A stretch of DNA of 64,000 nucleotides, from assembly GCA_963779575.1 (NCBI GenBank), contig CAVZYT010000002.1, positions 16,654-80,653 on the forward strand, in the 5' to 3' direction. The first letter of the stretch is position 1. Each line of letters opens with the position of its first letter. This DNA comes from an uncultured Chloroflexia bacterium (lineage in GTDB: Bacteria > Chloroflexota > Limnocylindria > Limnocylindrales > CSP1-4). Shown here piece by piece: positions 21,728-31,595 of the stretch. A model generated the notes under the pieces. The model did not search any database, was not told where the DNA came from, and was given only the letters and a program-made list of their open reading frames with translations. The translations under genes were made by a program, and so were the position numbers.

Positions 21728-22648
21728 GACCCGCACCACGTAGGTGACCGCAAGGTCGGCGCCGTCGAACGATGGCGCGGCGTCCGACGGGACGGCGAGC
21801 ACAGCGCGAGCGGTCCCCGCGCGCAGGGCGTCGGAGTCGGTGGTGGCGACGGCGATGATCCCCTCGACGCCGTTGGGCGCGTTCGTCCGCCGATGCAGCT
21901 CGATGCGGCCCGAGCCGCCGGGTGCACCCGGCCAGGCTGCGGCGACGCCGATCTGCGAGCCGACGGCCGCCGGCAGCGGCGTCGTCACCGAGATGGTCGC
22001 GCCCTCGACGTCGACGGCGTCGAGCAGCGCCGTGCCTCCCTGCTCCCCAACTCCGGCACGAATGAGGTCGGGGTGCTGGGCGACCGGCAGGTAGGTCGCG
22101 ACAAACGCATCGTCGTCCCTCGCGATGTCCCAGTGGACATCGAGCGCCCAGGCAACGATCGCCTCACCGAGGTGCGCGGTCGGCGGCCCGAGGGGAGGAG
22201 CGGGGACGGCGAATCGCGTCTCGAATGTCTCGCCCGCGCCCAGAGTCGTGGGAATCACCGGTGACAGGAACTCGTCCGCGATGAACAGGCGGCCGTTCGC
22301 CTCCACCCAGTTCTCCGTGCGGGTGGTGTTGGTGCCCGTCCCGTGGGTCTGACTCTTGCGCTCTTCGACGAGGCGAAGCCCGAGCAGACGCAACGCCGCC
22401 TTGCGGGCCGAGATCGCGTCCCGTGCCGTCACCCGCAGCGTCCCCTCGATGCCTTCGCCGACCCGGACCGGGTGATCGAGGATGAACTGGCCGTCGACCT
22501 GGTCTGACGAGGTCCGAACCAGCTCCTCGGCGCGGACGAAGTGCAGGGGGTGCGAACCCTCGGCGCCGCCGAGGCGCGTCCCGTTGACCGCGTCGAACGG
22601 TTCCGGGCAATGGCCTTGGTGCCCGCTGCCGAAGATCATCGACCCCAT
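21668..22648 (-). CDS. Hypothetical protein (326 aa)
   Basis: Balanced composition (not an Arg-rich artefact); no family recognised. Confidence 0.45.
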   Translation of the reverse strand: MGSMIFGSGHQGHCPEPFDAVNGTRLGGAEGSHPLHFVRAEELVRTSSDQVDGQFILDHPVRVGEGIEGTLRVTARDAISARKAALRLLGLRLVEERKSQTHGTGTNTTRTENWVEANGRLFIADEFLSPVIPTTLGAGETFETRFAVPAPPLGPPTAHLGEAIVAWALDVHWDIARDDDAFVATYLPVAQHPDLIRAGVGEQGGTALLDAVDVEGATISVTTPLPAAVGSQIGVAAAWPGAPGGSGRIELHRRTNAPNGVEGIIAVATTDSDALRAGTARAVLAVPSDAAPSFDGADLAVTYVVRVLVDRRFQPDSAVERPVAIA

Positions 22649-22721
22649 CGTTCCCTCACTCTACGCTGACCAATGAGGCGCATAGTGGTCGATATCGAGT
22701 TGACCAAGGAGGGTTCCTGCA

Positions 22722-23807
22722 ATGCCGTTCTACACCGCGCTGAAGGGGCGTTCCGCGCTGACGGTCCCGCCGGACGTCAGGGAGCGGACCGCCGGGAACC
22801 TCCTCAAGCTCAAGACCGAGCTCGCGAAGATCCCCCAGCACTCGATCGACCAGCGGGTCCTGATCGCCACCTGGAACATCCGCGAGTTCGACTCGGCCAA
22901 GGGCGGCAAGCGCGGCATCGAGCCCCTGATGTACATCGCCGAGATCATCAGCGCCTTCGACCTGGTCGCGGTCCAGGAGGTCCGTGACGACCTGACCGCG
23001 CTCAACCGGCTGCTCGGCTACCTCGGGTCGTGGTGGAACGTGCTCGTCAGCGACGTCACGCGCGGCGCCGGCGGCAACAGCGAGCGGCTCACCTTCCTGT
23101 ACGACTCACGCAAGGTGCGCTTCGGCGGGTTGGTTGGCGAGGTCGTACGACCGGATCCCGCAGGCCACCCGAGTGGGGTCTTCGTCCAGCAGTTCGCCCG
23201 GACTCCGTTCCTGGTCGGGTTCCAGGTCGGCTGGCAGAAGTTCACCATCTGCACGGCGCACATCTACTACGGGAGCGGCCAGAAGGACCCGCGCCGGGTG
23301 GCCGAGGTCGGCTGGCTGGCGCAGCACCTCGCCGACCAGACCCTCGAGAAGCACGCCTGGGCACAGAACGTGCTCATGCTGGGCGACTTCAACATCTTCG
23401 ACGCGTCGGAGGACGCGGTGAAGGCGATCGGCGCGGCCGGCTTCCACATCCCACCCGAGCTGACGGCAGATCACACCGACCTGGGCGACATCCATCACTA
23501 CGACCAGATCGCCTGGCTCGAGGATCCCAAGAAGCCGGCCCGCTACCCCATCACGCTCGCGAACGCCGGGGTCTTCCGGTGGGACGACGTCGTGTTCACG
23601 GATGCCGACGAGGCGACCTACAAGCCGGATATGGGCGCCTTCACCAGCTACGCCGAGTGGCGGACGTACCAGATGTCGGACCATCGGCCGATGTGGGTGG
23701 AGCTGACCACCGACTTCAGCGCCAAGTACCTGACCGACCTCGCCGCGGGCGGCGAACAGCCTGCCAGGGAGGACGTCACGCCGGCGATCCTGCCGACACC
23801 GGCGTGA
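22722..23807 (+). CDS. Endonuclease/exonuclease/phosphatase (EEP, DNase I-like) family protein with an about 50-aa N-terminal extension
   Basis: ...VLIATWNIREFDSAKGG...LVAVQEV...LMLGDFN...MSDHRPMWVEL are EEP catalytic motifs. Confidence 0.75.
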   Translation: MPFYTALKGRSALTVPPDVRERTAGNLLKLKTELAKIPQHSIDQRVLIATWNIREFDSAKGGKRGIEPLMYIAEIISAFDLVAVQEVRDDLTALNRLLGYLGSWWNVLVSDVTRGAGGNSERLTFLYDSRKVRFGGLVGEVVRPDPAGHPSGVFVQQFARTPFLVGFQVGWQKFTICTAHIYYGSGQKDPRRVAEVGWLAQHLADQTLEKHAWAQNVLMLGDFNIFDASEDAVKAIGAAGFHIPPELTADHTDLGDIHHYDQIAWLEDPKKPARYPITLANAGVFRWDDVVFTDADEATYKPDMGAFTSYAEWRTYQMSDHRPMWVELTTDFSAKYLTDLAAGGEQPAREDVTPAILPTPA

Positions 23808-23816
23808 TGCCGGGTC

Positions 23817-24412
23817 AGGGCCGGTAGAAGTCCGTCACGACCCGGGTCCGGCCGTGATCGCGCCAGATCCCGATGCCCACGGCCTTGTAGGCCGGGTTCT
23901 TGATGTTCTTCCAGTGGCCGCCGCCAGAGCCCTTCTCGGCCTGCATGGCGAGGTGGCTGCGCCAGGACCGCGCGCTTGACGGTGTCGTAGTTGTTGCAGC
24001 CGACGTTCTCGCCCCAGGCGGATCCGCGGTAGCCGGCTTTCGCGAGCCGGGCTCCCGGGTTGCCGTGGGCGCAGTCGTTGGCGGCTACGAGGTGCTTCGC
24101 CCACCTGCGCGCGACGCCCGACAGGCCCGACCTGCGCTTGAGCGGCTTCACATACTTCGAGAACGACCCGCTGCCGTAACTGTCGCATGACCCGTTGGAC
24201 CGGACCCAGCCGCCTGTCCTCGTGCAGTTGACCAGGCCGAGGTAGTACGTCTCGACGTCATGCCAGCGCGACGCGCCGAGGGTCGAGCCGGGTGACGCGG
24301 CAGACAGGGCGAATCCGAAGGCCGACATGAGCACTGAGGCGGCGATCACGACCGCGATCCGCGACCGGAGTGACGCCCGCTGGGCGCCGTTGTGAACCAA
24401 TCCCACGATCAT
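23817..24412 (-). CDS. Secreted CAP/SCP (PR-1-like) domain protein, one frameshift near 23940
   Basis: Signal peptide MIVGLVHNG...VVIAASVLMSAFGFALSAAS, then ...ANDCAHGNPGARLAKAGYRGSAWGENVG..., and a C-terminus in another frame ...HWKNIKNPAYKAVGIGIWRDHGRTRVVTDFY. Confidence 0.6.
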
Positions 24413-24577
24413 TCCTCTCTGCCGGGCGTCACGGGGACGACCCGCGACGGCGATGCTCAGCCACCGTTGCGGGTGACAGCGACCCCCCGGGCCGGACATG
24501 ACCCTAGCCCAGGCCGCGCGTGGTGCGCCACCCTGACGGTCGTACCGTGCGGGGGATGCCCGATAGGCCCCGAGCCA

Positions 24578-25559
24578 TCAGACGGTGATGACGACCTTGC
24601 CGCGGGCGTGGCCCTCGTCGACGTACCGCAGCGCGTCGACGATCTCGCTCGAGGGGGTAGCGCCGGTCGATCACCGGGGCGACGTTGCCCGCGGCGATCA
24701 GCTCCAAAAGGGTCGCCACGTCGTCGGGCCGGAAGGGCTTCCACCACAACATCAGGCCCATCGACTTGCCCGAGGCGATGGACGCGACCGGCCCGACGGT
24801 CATCGCCTGCAGGATGGCCGAGCCGGTCCCGCCAAGCGTCACGTAGACCCCGTTCGGCCGCAGGACGCGCCGGATGCGCGGGATCGAGTGGTGGGAGTCC
24901 GTGTCGACGATCCAGTCATAGCGCTCGTCGCCCTGCGTGTAGTCGACGGCGGTGTAATCGAGCACGTGGTCGGCGCCGAGCGAGCGCACGAGGTCCACCT
25001 TGCTCGTGCTGCAGACGCCAGTGACCTCGGCGCCGCGAGCCTTCGCGATCTGGACCGCGAACGGGCCCACGTTCCCCGACGCGCCATCGATGAGCACCTT
25101 GTCGCCCGGTCCGACCGTCCGGCCGTCGCGGCGTCGCAGGCCCTGGACCGCGAGGATCGCGGAGTGCGGGAGCGTCGCGGCCACCTCGAACGACATCCCG
25201 ACGGGGATCGCGAAGAATGCCCGCTCCGGCGCACAGACGTACTCGGCGAACGACCCCTGTCCGAACGGATACAGGTCGGCGAAGACCTCGTCGCCCGGCT
25301 TGAACCGGGTGGCCGCCGGGCCGACGGCCTCTACGACGCCCGCGGCGTCGATGCCGATCCGGTGGCGCCGCGGGCGTCGCAGCCCCAGGAACAGGCGGGA
25401 GAACGACGGCTTGGGCAGCAGCTCGTCGAGGTCGGCCCGATTGACCGACGCGGCGCGGACACGCACGAGCACCTGGTCCTCGACCGGGACCGGGCGCTCG
25501 ATGTCCCGGAGCTCCACGACGTCGAGCGATCCGTAGCGGTCCTTGATGGCGGCCTTCAT
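24578..25559 (-). CDS. Zinc-type alcohol dehydrogenase / quinone oxidoreductase (MDR superfamily), C-terminal frameshift near 24640
   Basis: MKAAIKDRYGSLDVVELRDIERPVPVEDQVLVRVRAASVNRADLD...GASGNVGPFAVQIAKARGAEV... The true C-terminus ...IDRRYPLSEIVDALRYVDEGHARGKVVITV is restored by removing one base. Confidence 0.8.
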
Positions 25560-27607
25560 CCGAGCGCGAGATCGAGGAAGGCGAGCACGTCGGCACGCTC
25601 GTCGATCAGCTTGCTGATGGGCTTGCCCATCCCGTGTCCGGCATCGGTGTCGATGCGGATGAGGATCGGCGCGTCACCCGCCTGCGCCGCCTGGAGCGCG
25701 GCGGCGAACTTGAACGAGTGGCCGGGAACCACGCGGTCGTCGTGGTCGCCGGTGGTCACCAGGGTTGGCGGGTAGTCCGTCCCGGGCCGGCAGTTGTGCA
25801 GCGGCGAGTACGAGAGGAGCGTCTGGAACTGGTCCGGGTCCTCGGCCGAGCCGTAGTCGCTGGTCCATCCCCAGCCGATCGTGAACCGGTCGAACCGCAG
25901 CATGTCCATGACGCCGACCTCGGCGATCGCGGCGCCGAACAGCTCCGGGTGCTGGGTGATGCTGGCGCCGACCAGGAGCCCGCCGTTCGACCGCCCGCTG
26001 ATTCCGATCCGATCCTCGCGCGTCCAGCCCGACGTCGCCAGCCAGCGCGCACACGCTGCGAAGTCGTCGAACACGTTCTGCTTGTTGGCCAGGCGGCCGG
26101 CGTCGTGCCAGGCCTTGCCGTACTCGGCGCCCCCGCGCAGTGACGCGACGGCCAGCAGGCCGCCACGCTCCATCCAGGCCAGCCATTCGGGCTTGAACAT
26201 CGGCCCGATGGCGATCTGGAAGCCGCCATAGCCGTACAGCAGCGTCGGCACGTCCCCTGTCGGCTCCAGATCGCGGCGGCGGGTCAGGAACAGCGGCACC
26301 TGGGTGCCGTCGTCCGACGCCACGAACACATGCTCGCTGACGAAGTCGTCAGGATCCCATGGCAGGTCCGGCTGCCGCCCGGCTGCGCGCACCGAGCCGT
26401 CCGCCATGGACACGGCGAGCGTCGATGCCGGGGCGCTGAACGTCACGAACGTGAGGAACAGCTCCGTGTCAGAGCGTCGACCGGCCAGGTCCTCGACCGT
26501 GCCCAGGCCGGGCAGGCGGACATCGACCACGCGCGTGCCGTCGAGCTCGAAGATCGCCAGCCGGTGGTGGGCGTGATGGAGGGAGACCGCGGCGAACCGG
26601 TCACCGACGAGCACCACGTGCTCGAGCGCGTCCTGTCCCTCGGGAATGACCTCGCGAGGGTGATCGGGATCGTCCACGTCGACAGCGATCACCCGTCGGA
26701 GCGGCGCGTCGAGATCCGTCAGCAGATAGAGCGTGCCGTCGATGGTGGCGATGTGCTCGTATTGGGCGTCCGCCGCGTCGAGCAAGGGGCGAACCTTCGC
26801 GGCGTGGACGCCGCCATCGAGCGAGGCGACATGGATGCGGTTCTCGGGGTCGGTGCCCCGGGACACGGATACGACGAGCAGGCGGCCAGCGTCGGTCACC
26901 TCCGGCTCGAACCCCCAGTCGGGCTCGTCCGGTCGCGCCAGGACCAGGACGTCCTCGGCCGGATCGCTGCCGAGGCGGTGGTAGCGCAGCTCCATGTCCC
27001 GATTCGGCGCGTCGAACGCCGCGTCCGCGGGCGGCTCCGGGTAGCGCGAATAGAAGAATCCGGCGTCATCGCTGGTCCAGGCGGCCGACGAGAACTTGCT
27101 CCACGGGATGCGATCCGGCAGCTCCTCGCCCGTCGCGACACGGCGCACGGTCCACGTCCGCCAGTCGGACCCTGCGTCGCTCACGGCACACGCGACGAGG
27201 CCGCCGCTGTCGCTCACCTCGATCGCGGCCAGCGTCGTGATTCCCGAGTCGCTCAGGCCGTTGGGGTCGAGCAGCACGCTCCCCTCCCCGTCCGGGCCGT
27301 CGGCGGTCCAGAGCACGTTCTGGTCCTGCAGGCCGGTGTTGCGGAGCTGGAACCAGCGGTCGCCGCGACGCCACGGGGCGCCGGCACGCGGGAAGTTCCA
27401 GAGCTCCGCGAGACGGCGTCGGATCGCGTCGCGGCCGGCGGACTCGCCGAGGACGTGGTTGGTCAGCACGTTCTGCGCCTCGATCCACGCGCGCGTCGCC
27501 GGTGCGTCGCTGTCCTCCAGCGGCCGGTAGGGATCCGCGATCCGGTGGCCGTGGTAGTCGTCGACCTGGTCTGCGGTCGGCGGCTCCGGGTAGGCCAGCT
27601 TGATCAC
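25556..27607 (-). CDS. Prolyl oligopeptidase (S9A)
   Basis: MIKLAYPEPPTADQVDDYHGHRIADPYRPLEDSDAPATRAWIEAQN...; an intact 683-aa ORF. Confidence 0.85.
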   Translation of the reverse strand: MIKLAYPEPPTADQVDDYHGHRIADPYRPLEDSDAPATRAWIEAQNVLTNHVLGESAGRDAIRRRLAELWNFPRAGAPWRRGDRWFQLRNTGLQDQNVLWTADGPDGEGSVLLDPNGLSDSGITTLAAIEVSDSGGLVACAVSDAGSDWRTWTVRRVATGEELPDRIPWSKFSSAAWTSDDAGFFYSRYPEPPADAAFDAPNRDMELRYHRLGSDPAEDVLVLARPDEPDWGFEPEVTDAGRLLVVSVSRGTDPENRIHVASLDGGVHAAKVRPLLDAADAQYEHIATIDGTLYLLTDLDAPLRRVIAVDVDDPDHPREVIPEGQDALEHVVLVGDRFAAVSLHHAHHRLAIFELDGTRVVDVRLPGLGTVEDLAGRRSDTELFLTFVTFSAPASTLAVSMADGSVRAAGRQPDLPWDPDDFVSEHVFVASDDGTQVPLFLTRRRDLEPTGDVPTLLYGYGGFQIAIGPMFKPEWLAWMERGGLLAVASLRGGAEYGKAWHDAGRLANKQNVFDDFAACARWLATSGWTREDRIGISGRSNGGLLVGASITQHPELFGAAIAEVGVMDMLRFDRFTIGWGWTSDYGSAEDPDQFQTLLSYSPLHNCRPGTDYPPTLVTTGDHDDRVVPGHSFKFAAALQAAQAGDAPILIRIDTDAGHGMGKPISKLIDERADVLAFLDLALG

Positions 27608-27611
27608 CGGA

Positions 27612-27882
27612 CTACTTCGTGCCCTTGCCGTCGGCGTCGGGCGCGGCCGACGCCTGGCTGGCGCGGTAGTCGGCGAGGTCCTGCTTCGCCTTGCGGTCGA
27701 TGAACGGGATGATGAACGGCATCATGCACAGGCCCGCGACGAGGAGCGGGACGAACAGGATGACGAGCGTCCCGATCCCGGACGGCAGCTCCAGCCCTGA
27801 CACCAGGCGAGCTGCCACGGCGTAGCCGATGATCCCGGCCGGCAGGGCCAGGACGAGCAGAAGGTTGGGCACGAACCGCATC
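27612..27882 (-). CDS. Small membrane protein with a Lys-rich tail
   Basis: MRFVPNLLLVLALPAGIIGYAVAARLVSGLELPSGIGTLVILFVPLLVAGLCMMPFIIPFIDRKAKQDL... Confidence 0.5.
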
Positions 27883-28072
27883 GTGGGATCGTAACCCGCT
27901 GGCCGTGGTGACTGGCCGGGTGCATGATGTCGCAGCAGGGCATGCAGCCCGAAATCTCGCTGGAGGATGCGCGGTGGACAAGAAGGCGAAGGTCCCGAAG
28001 AAAGCAAAGACCGCGAAGGCGAAGCCCGCGAAAACAGCGTAGGCGGTCAGCCGCCGCCAGAGGCGCGCCCTG

Positions 28073-29557
28073 TCACTGATCGGCGATCAACCGCTCCGAG
28101 AGGTGCTCGGCGAGCATGATCGTGACGAGGTGCGGGAAGCCCGCGGGCGCGTCCGGGATGATCGAGGCGTCGACGACCGACAGGCGTTCGGTACCGTGCA
28201 CGTGGCCGTGGGCGTTCACGACGGCTCCATCCCGAGGCTCCGGGCCCATCGCGCAGGTGCCCACGACGTGCGGGTTCGAGTAGGCGTTCTCGACGATCCG
28301 GCGCCGCCAGGCCTCGGGGGTCCCGGGCTCGGACGGCGGCGCTTCGGTCGCAAGACGGCGGATCTCGGGTCGATTGGCAAGCTCGAGGCCGAGCGCATAG
28401 GCCTCGACGAGGCGTTCGATGTCGGCGGGCGCGCGGACCCCGGGCAGGGTGATCCGGGGTGACGCCGTCGGATCGGCCGAGCGAAGCACCACCGATCCGC
28501 GCGACTGCGGCTTGAGCAGGATCGGATCGAGCCAGAAGCCGGGCTCGTCGCCGTCCGGATCGCTCATCCAGAACATGAGGTCGGGCGCCCCGTCGACTGG
28601 CGCCGCGGAGCTGCGGAGCGTCGCGATCGAGTGCAGGGCTGGGCCGCCGGCCGCGGATCCCCGCCAGCCGGTGTCGAGATCGACGCCTGGGTGGTCCGCC
28701 AGGTTCGCGCCCACGCCGGGAAGATCGACGCGCACAGCGATGCCAACGGTTCGCAGGTGGCCGGCAGCACCGATGCCCGAGCGCATGAGGATCGCCGGGC
28801 TGCTGTAGGTGCCCGCCGCAAGGACCACCCCACCGGCGGAGATCTCCGTGCCATCGACCAGGCGGACGCCTGTCGCCCGGGTCCCGTCCAGGATGACGGT
28901 GGCGACGGGCGAGTCCGTGCGGATCTCCAGCGTCGCGGGTCGCTCTGATCGAGGGAGGTACGCGTCGGCGGTCGTGACACGGACGCCGTTGCGCGAGCTC
29001 ATCGGCAGCCTGCCCACGCCGACCGCCTCCGGGGCGTTGTGATCGTCGACGAACGGAATGCTCGCGGCGGCGAACGCTTCCAGGGCCGCGGCGTAAATCG
29101 CCGACGGCGCAAGCCCCGGGTAGCGGGTGATCGGGATCGGGCCACTGTCGCCGTGCCACGGATCGGCGCCGAATTCCGCGTCGGCCTCGAGACGCCGAAA
29201 CGCCGGGAGCACGTCCGCGAAGCTCCAACCGGGATTGCCGCGCGCCGCCCAGGCGTCGAAGTCGGCGGCCGCGCCTCGGACGGCAAAGCGGGTGAGCCAC
29301 GACGTGCCGCCCATGAGCCTGCCGCGGCGGAGCCGGGTCCCCGGTCCGGCATCGTCCGGCTCGGACTCGAACCCCCAGTCCGGCAGGGTCGGGAGACGCC
29401 ACCCGTCGTGCCACTCGGCCGGGGTCTGATCTCCGGGGTCAGGGCCGGCCTCCAGCAGCACGACCCGCCTCCCCGACTCGGACAGGCGCCTGGCGACCAC
29501 GCAGCCCGCGGCGCCGCCGCCGACGACCGCGACATCGAAGGACGACGGAGCAGTCAC
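28073..29557 (-). CDS. GMC-family FAD oxidoreductase (choline dehydrogenase-like)
   Basis: MTAPSSFDVAVVGGGAAGCVVARRLSESGRRVVLLEAGPD...; intact. Confidence 0.85.
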   Translation of the reverse strand: MTAPSSFDVAVVGGGAAGCVVARRLSESGRRVVLLEAGPDPGDQTPAEWHDGWRLPTLPDWGFESEPDDAGPGTRLRRGRLMGGTSWLTRFAVRGAAADFDAWAARGNPGWSFADVLPAFRRLEADAEFGADPWHGDSGPIPITRYPGLAPSAIYAAALEAFAAASIPFVDDHNAPEAVGVGRLPMSSRNGVRVTTADAYLPRSERPATLEIRTDSPVATVILDGTRATGVRLVDGTEISAGGVVLAAGTYSSPAILMRSGIGAAGHLRTVGIAVRVDLPGVGANLADHPGVDLDTGWRGSAAGGPALHSIATLRSSAAPVDGAPDLMFWMSDPDGDEPGFWLDPILLKPQSRGSVVLRSADPTASPRITLPGVRAPADIERLVEAYALGLELANRPEIRRLATEAPPSEPGTPEAWRRRIVENAYSNPHVVGTCAMGPEPRDGAVVNAHGHVHGTERLSVVDASIIPDAPAGFPHLVTIMLAEHLSERLIADQ

Positions 29558-29567
29558 CGGATCCCGG

Positions 29568-30131
29568 CTACTTGGCCGCCCAGTAGACGAAGTCGGTCGC
29601 CTTGCCCGGCACGTTGGGCAGGAAGCTCACCTGCGTCGGGTGGCGGCCTTCGCCGACGAGGAACAGCGTGCATGTCTCGAACTGGTCGCCCGGCGCGAGG
29701 GCTCCGTCGCGCTTGTCCGGGCACGGCGCGTATGGATCCCCGCCGTAGTCGAAGATCACCACCGAGCTGATCAGATTGCCGTCCTGATCTTCGAGCGAGA
29801 CACCCAACCGGCGGTCGATCGTCTCGGTGCCCTTGTTCTCGTACCGGACATCGACGTAGACCGGCGTCTTGCCGCGGTCCTCGTCGTCGATCTGGAACCC
29901 GCCGGCCTCGAGCTCGGCGATCGTGCCCGTCCGGACCGCGAGCGGCGTGATACCGAGCTTGGTGGTCGGCCCGGGAGAGGCTCCGCCGAGCTGGGCGTGG
30001 TCGACGACGACCTCCTGGCCCAGCGGGACGGCTGCGGGAGCGCTGCTCCCACCACAGGCGACGACGGCAATCAGCACGAACGCCAGCGCAAGCGCGCGGC
30101 GCACCCCATGCGGGTTCACGTGCCTTCTCAT
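29568..30131 (-). CDS. Lipoprotein of unknown function (DUF4352-like)
   Basis: MRRHVNPHGVRRALALAFVLIAVVACGGSS is a lipobox. Confidence 0.55.
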   Translation of the reverse strand: MRRHVNPHGVRRALALAFVLIAVVACGGSSAPAAVPLGQEVVVDHAQLGGASPGPTTKLGITPLAVRTGTIAELEAGGFQIDDEDRGKTPVYVDVRYENKGTETIDRRLGVSLEDQDGNLISSVVIFDYGGDPYAPCPDKRDGALAPGDQFETCTLFLVGEGRHPTQVSFLPNVPGKATDFVYWAAK

Positions 30132-30414
30132 CGTGCCGGCATTGTGCCTTGGCGATGGCACGGATTGCTCGGCGCCTGGACCGCCCGTTGGCGGCCACCG
30201 CCGGCGCCGCAGATCGCTGTTGCCATGCGCCCGGTCTCGCCCATGCTCCGCGCGATGTCGGCCCGAGATCCCTTCGCGCGTTTCAAGGGCGTGCTGATCC
30301 ATCCGGATCGCCCCGGCGTTGCCCGTCGCCTGACCGCCCGTTCAGCCGATCGGCTCCGGTAGGCTGGACGGACGCGCCGCGACCAGCGAGCCCAAGCGAC
30401 CGGAGGCCGAGGGG

Positions 30415-30615
30415 TTGAGCAAGAAGCACCACACGGAGAGCAGCCACTCGCACAACGCGCGCAAGGAGCACGATCGCAAGGCGCGCCAGCACGAGGAGGA
30501 CGTCTCCAACCCCTGGCACCAGTCGAAGAACGCCCGGATCGCGATGGGCGCCATCGCGGTGATCGCGGTGGTCTCGATCTCGCTGCTGTTCATCGGCGGC
30601 GTGATCCGCTGGTAG
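30415..30615 (+). CDS. Small His-rich protein with a C-terminal transmembrane helix (66 aa)
   Basis: TTG start with GGAGG 8 nt upstream. (M)SKKHHTESSHSHNARKEHDRKARQHEEDVSNPWHQSKNARIAMGAIAVIAVVSISLLFIGGVIRW. Confidence 0.45.
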   Translation: MSKKHHTESSHSHNARKEHDRKARQHEEDVSNPWHQSKNARIAMGAIAVIAVVSISLLFIGGVIRW

Positions 30616-30637
30616 CGCAATCGCCTGGATCGCAGAC

Positions 30638-31075
30638 ATGGTCGATGACGGCCTGGACGTCCGGCTGAGCTCGGAGCCGGCTGCCGCGGCGGAGCAGATC
30701 GAGTCCATCATCGAGTCGATCAACCGCTGGAACATGCGGGTCACCGGCGTCGAGGACTTTCACCAGGTCGCGATCTTCCTGCGCGACGACGCAGGCGAGA
30801 TCCGCGGCGGCATCACGGGCGGCATCTGGGCTGGCTGGCTCCACATCGTCGGGCTGTGGGTCGACGAGGCGCTCCGCGGCCGAGGCCTCGGGACCCGGCT
30901 GCTGCTCGCCGCCGAGGCCGAGGCCCTCGCGCACGGCGCGCACGACGCGTTCCTCGAGACACATACGTTCCAGGCGCCCGGGCTGTACCGGCGCCACGGC
31001 TACCAGACGATCGCGGAGATCGAGGACTATCCGCCCGGCGAGTCGCAGCTGATCATGCGCAAGTCACTGGGCTGA
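30638..31075 (+). CDS. GNAT family N-acetyltransferase
   Basis: ...WLHIVGLWVDEALRGRGLGTRLLLAAEAEALAHGAHDAFLETHTFQAPGLYRRHGY. Confidence 0.75.
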   Translation: MVDDGLDVRLSSEPAAAAEQIESIIESINRWNMRVTGVEDFHQVAIFLRDDAGEIRGGITGGIWAGWLHIVGLWVDEALRGRGLGTRLLLAAEAEALAHGAHDAFLETHTFQAPGLYRRHGYQTIAEIEDYPPGESQLIMRKSLG

Positions 31076-31136
31076 CCGGCCCTTCTGCACTCCCCAGCGT
31101 TCGACCCGTTGCGGCGGGCTGTAGGATCGGCCGGAC

Positions 31137-31580
31137 ATGGTGACGAGACACGTGGAGCCACTGCTCCGGATCAACAGCTTCGAGGTCCTGATCGGCGAGC
31201 AGAAGATCGGGTTCGCCGAGATCAGCCGGTTGAGCTCCGAGGATGACCCGGCGTTGCCCGCCAAGCACGCCCGCCGGTTTGCGCCGGTCGTGTTGCGGCG
31301 CGCACTGACCACGTCACCCGAGCTCTACGGCTGGCGACGAGCGATCGTCGCCGGGATCGACGACCGACGCGACGTCACGATCCGCCAGCTCGCCGAACCC
31401 GGCGGCAGGGTCGTGAACGCCTGGCGCCTCCTGCAGGCATGGCCGATCCGCTGGTCCGGGCCCGCCTTCGATACGCAGGACGACGGGATCGCGACGGAGG
31501 AGATCGAGCTCGCGTTCGACGACCTCATCTGGGTCGACGAGAAAGCCCCCGTGAGGTCGCGTCCCGCTCCGCGTCGCTGA
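31137..31580 (+). CDS. Phage tail tube-like protein (T4 gp19 / Afp1 / Pvc1 family, PF06841/TIGR02241-like)
   Basis: It aligns motif-by-motif with Afp1. LRINSFEVLIGEQKIGFAEISRL matches YRFIVSVGDEKIPFNSVSGL. PVVLRRALTTSPELYGWRRAI matches INITLRKGVFPGKTELFDWINSI. DVTIRQLAEPGGRVVNAWRLLQAWPIRWSGPAFDTQDDGIATEEIELAFDDLIWVD matches DITISLTNDAGTELLMTWNVSNAFPTSLTSPSFDATSNDIAVQEITLMADRVIMQ. Confidence 0.8.
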   Translation: MVTRHVEPLLRINSFEVLIGEQKIGFAEISRLSSEDDPALPAKHARRFAPVVLRRALTTSPELYGWRRAIVAGIDDRRDVTIRQLAEPGGRVVNAWRLLQAWPIRWSGPAFDTQDDGIATEEIELAFDDLIWVDEKAPVRSRPAPRR

Positions 31581-31595
31581 CGCGTAGCTGCGGCC

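Noticed and set aside
21668-22648. Tentative Spo0M/arrestin-like assignment for the 326-aa hypothetical protein
   Set aside because: Direct comparison with Spo0M N-terminal motifs (MGFFDKLK..GIGGAKVDT) showed no convincing match. Left as hypothetical.
30140-30170. GTGCC-n9-GGCAC inverted repeat in the spacer upstream of the smallTM-GNAT-tube operon
   Set aside because: Short 5-bp arms in GC-rich DNA; not distinguishable from chance without comparative data.
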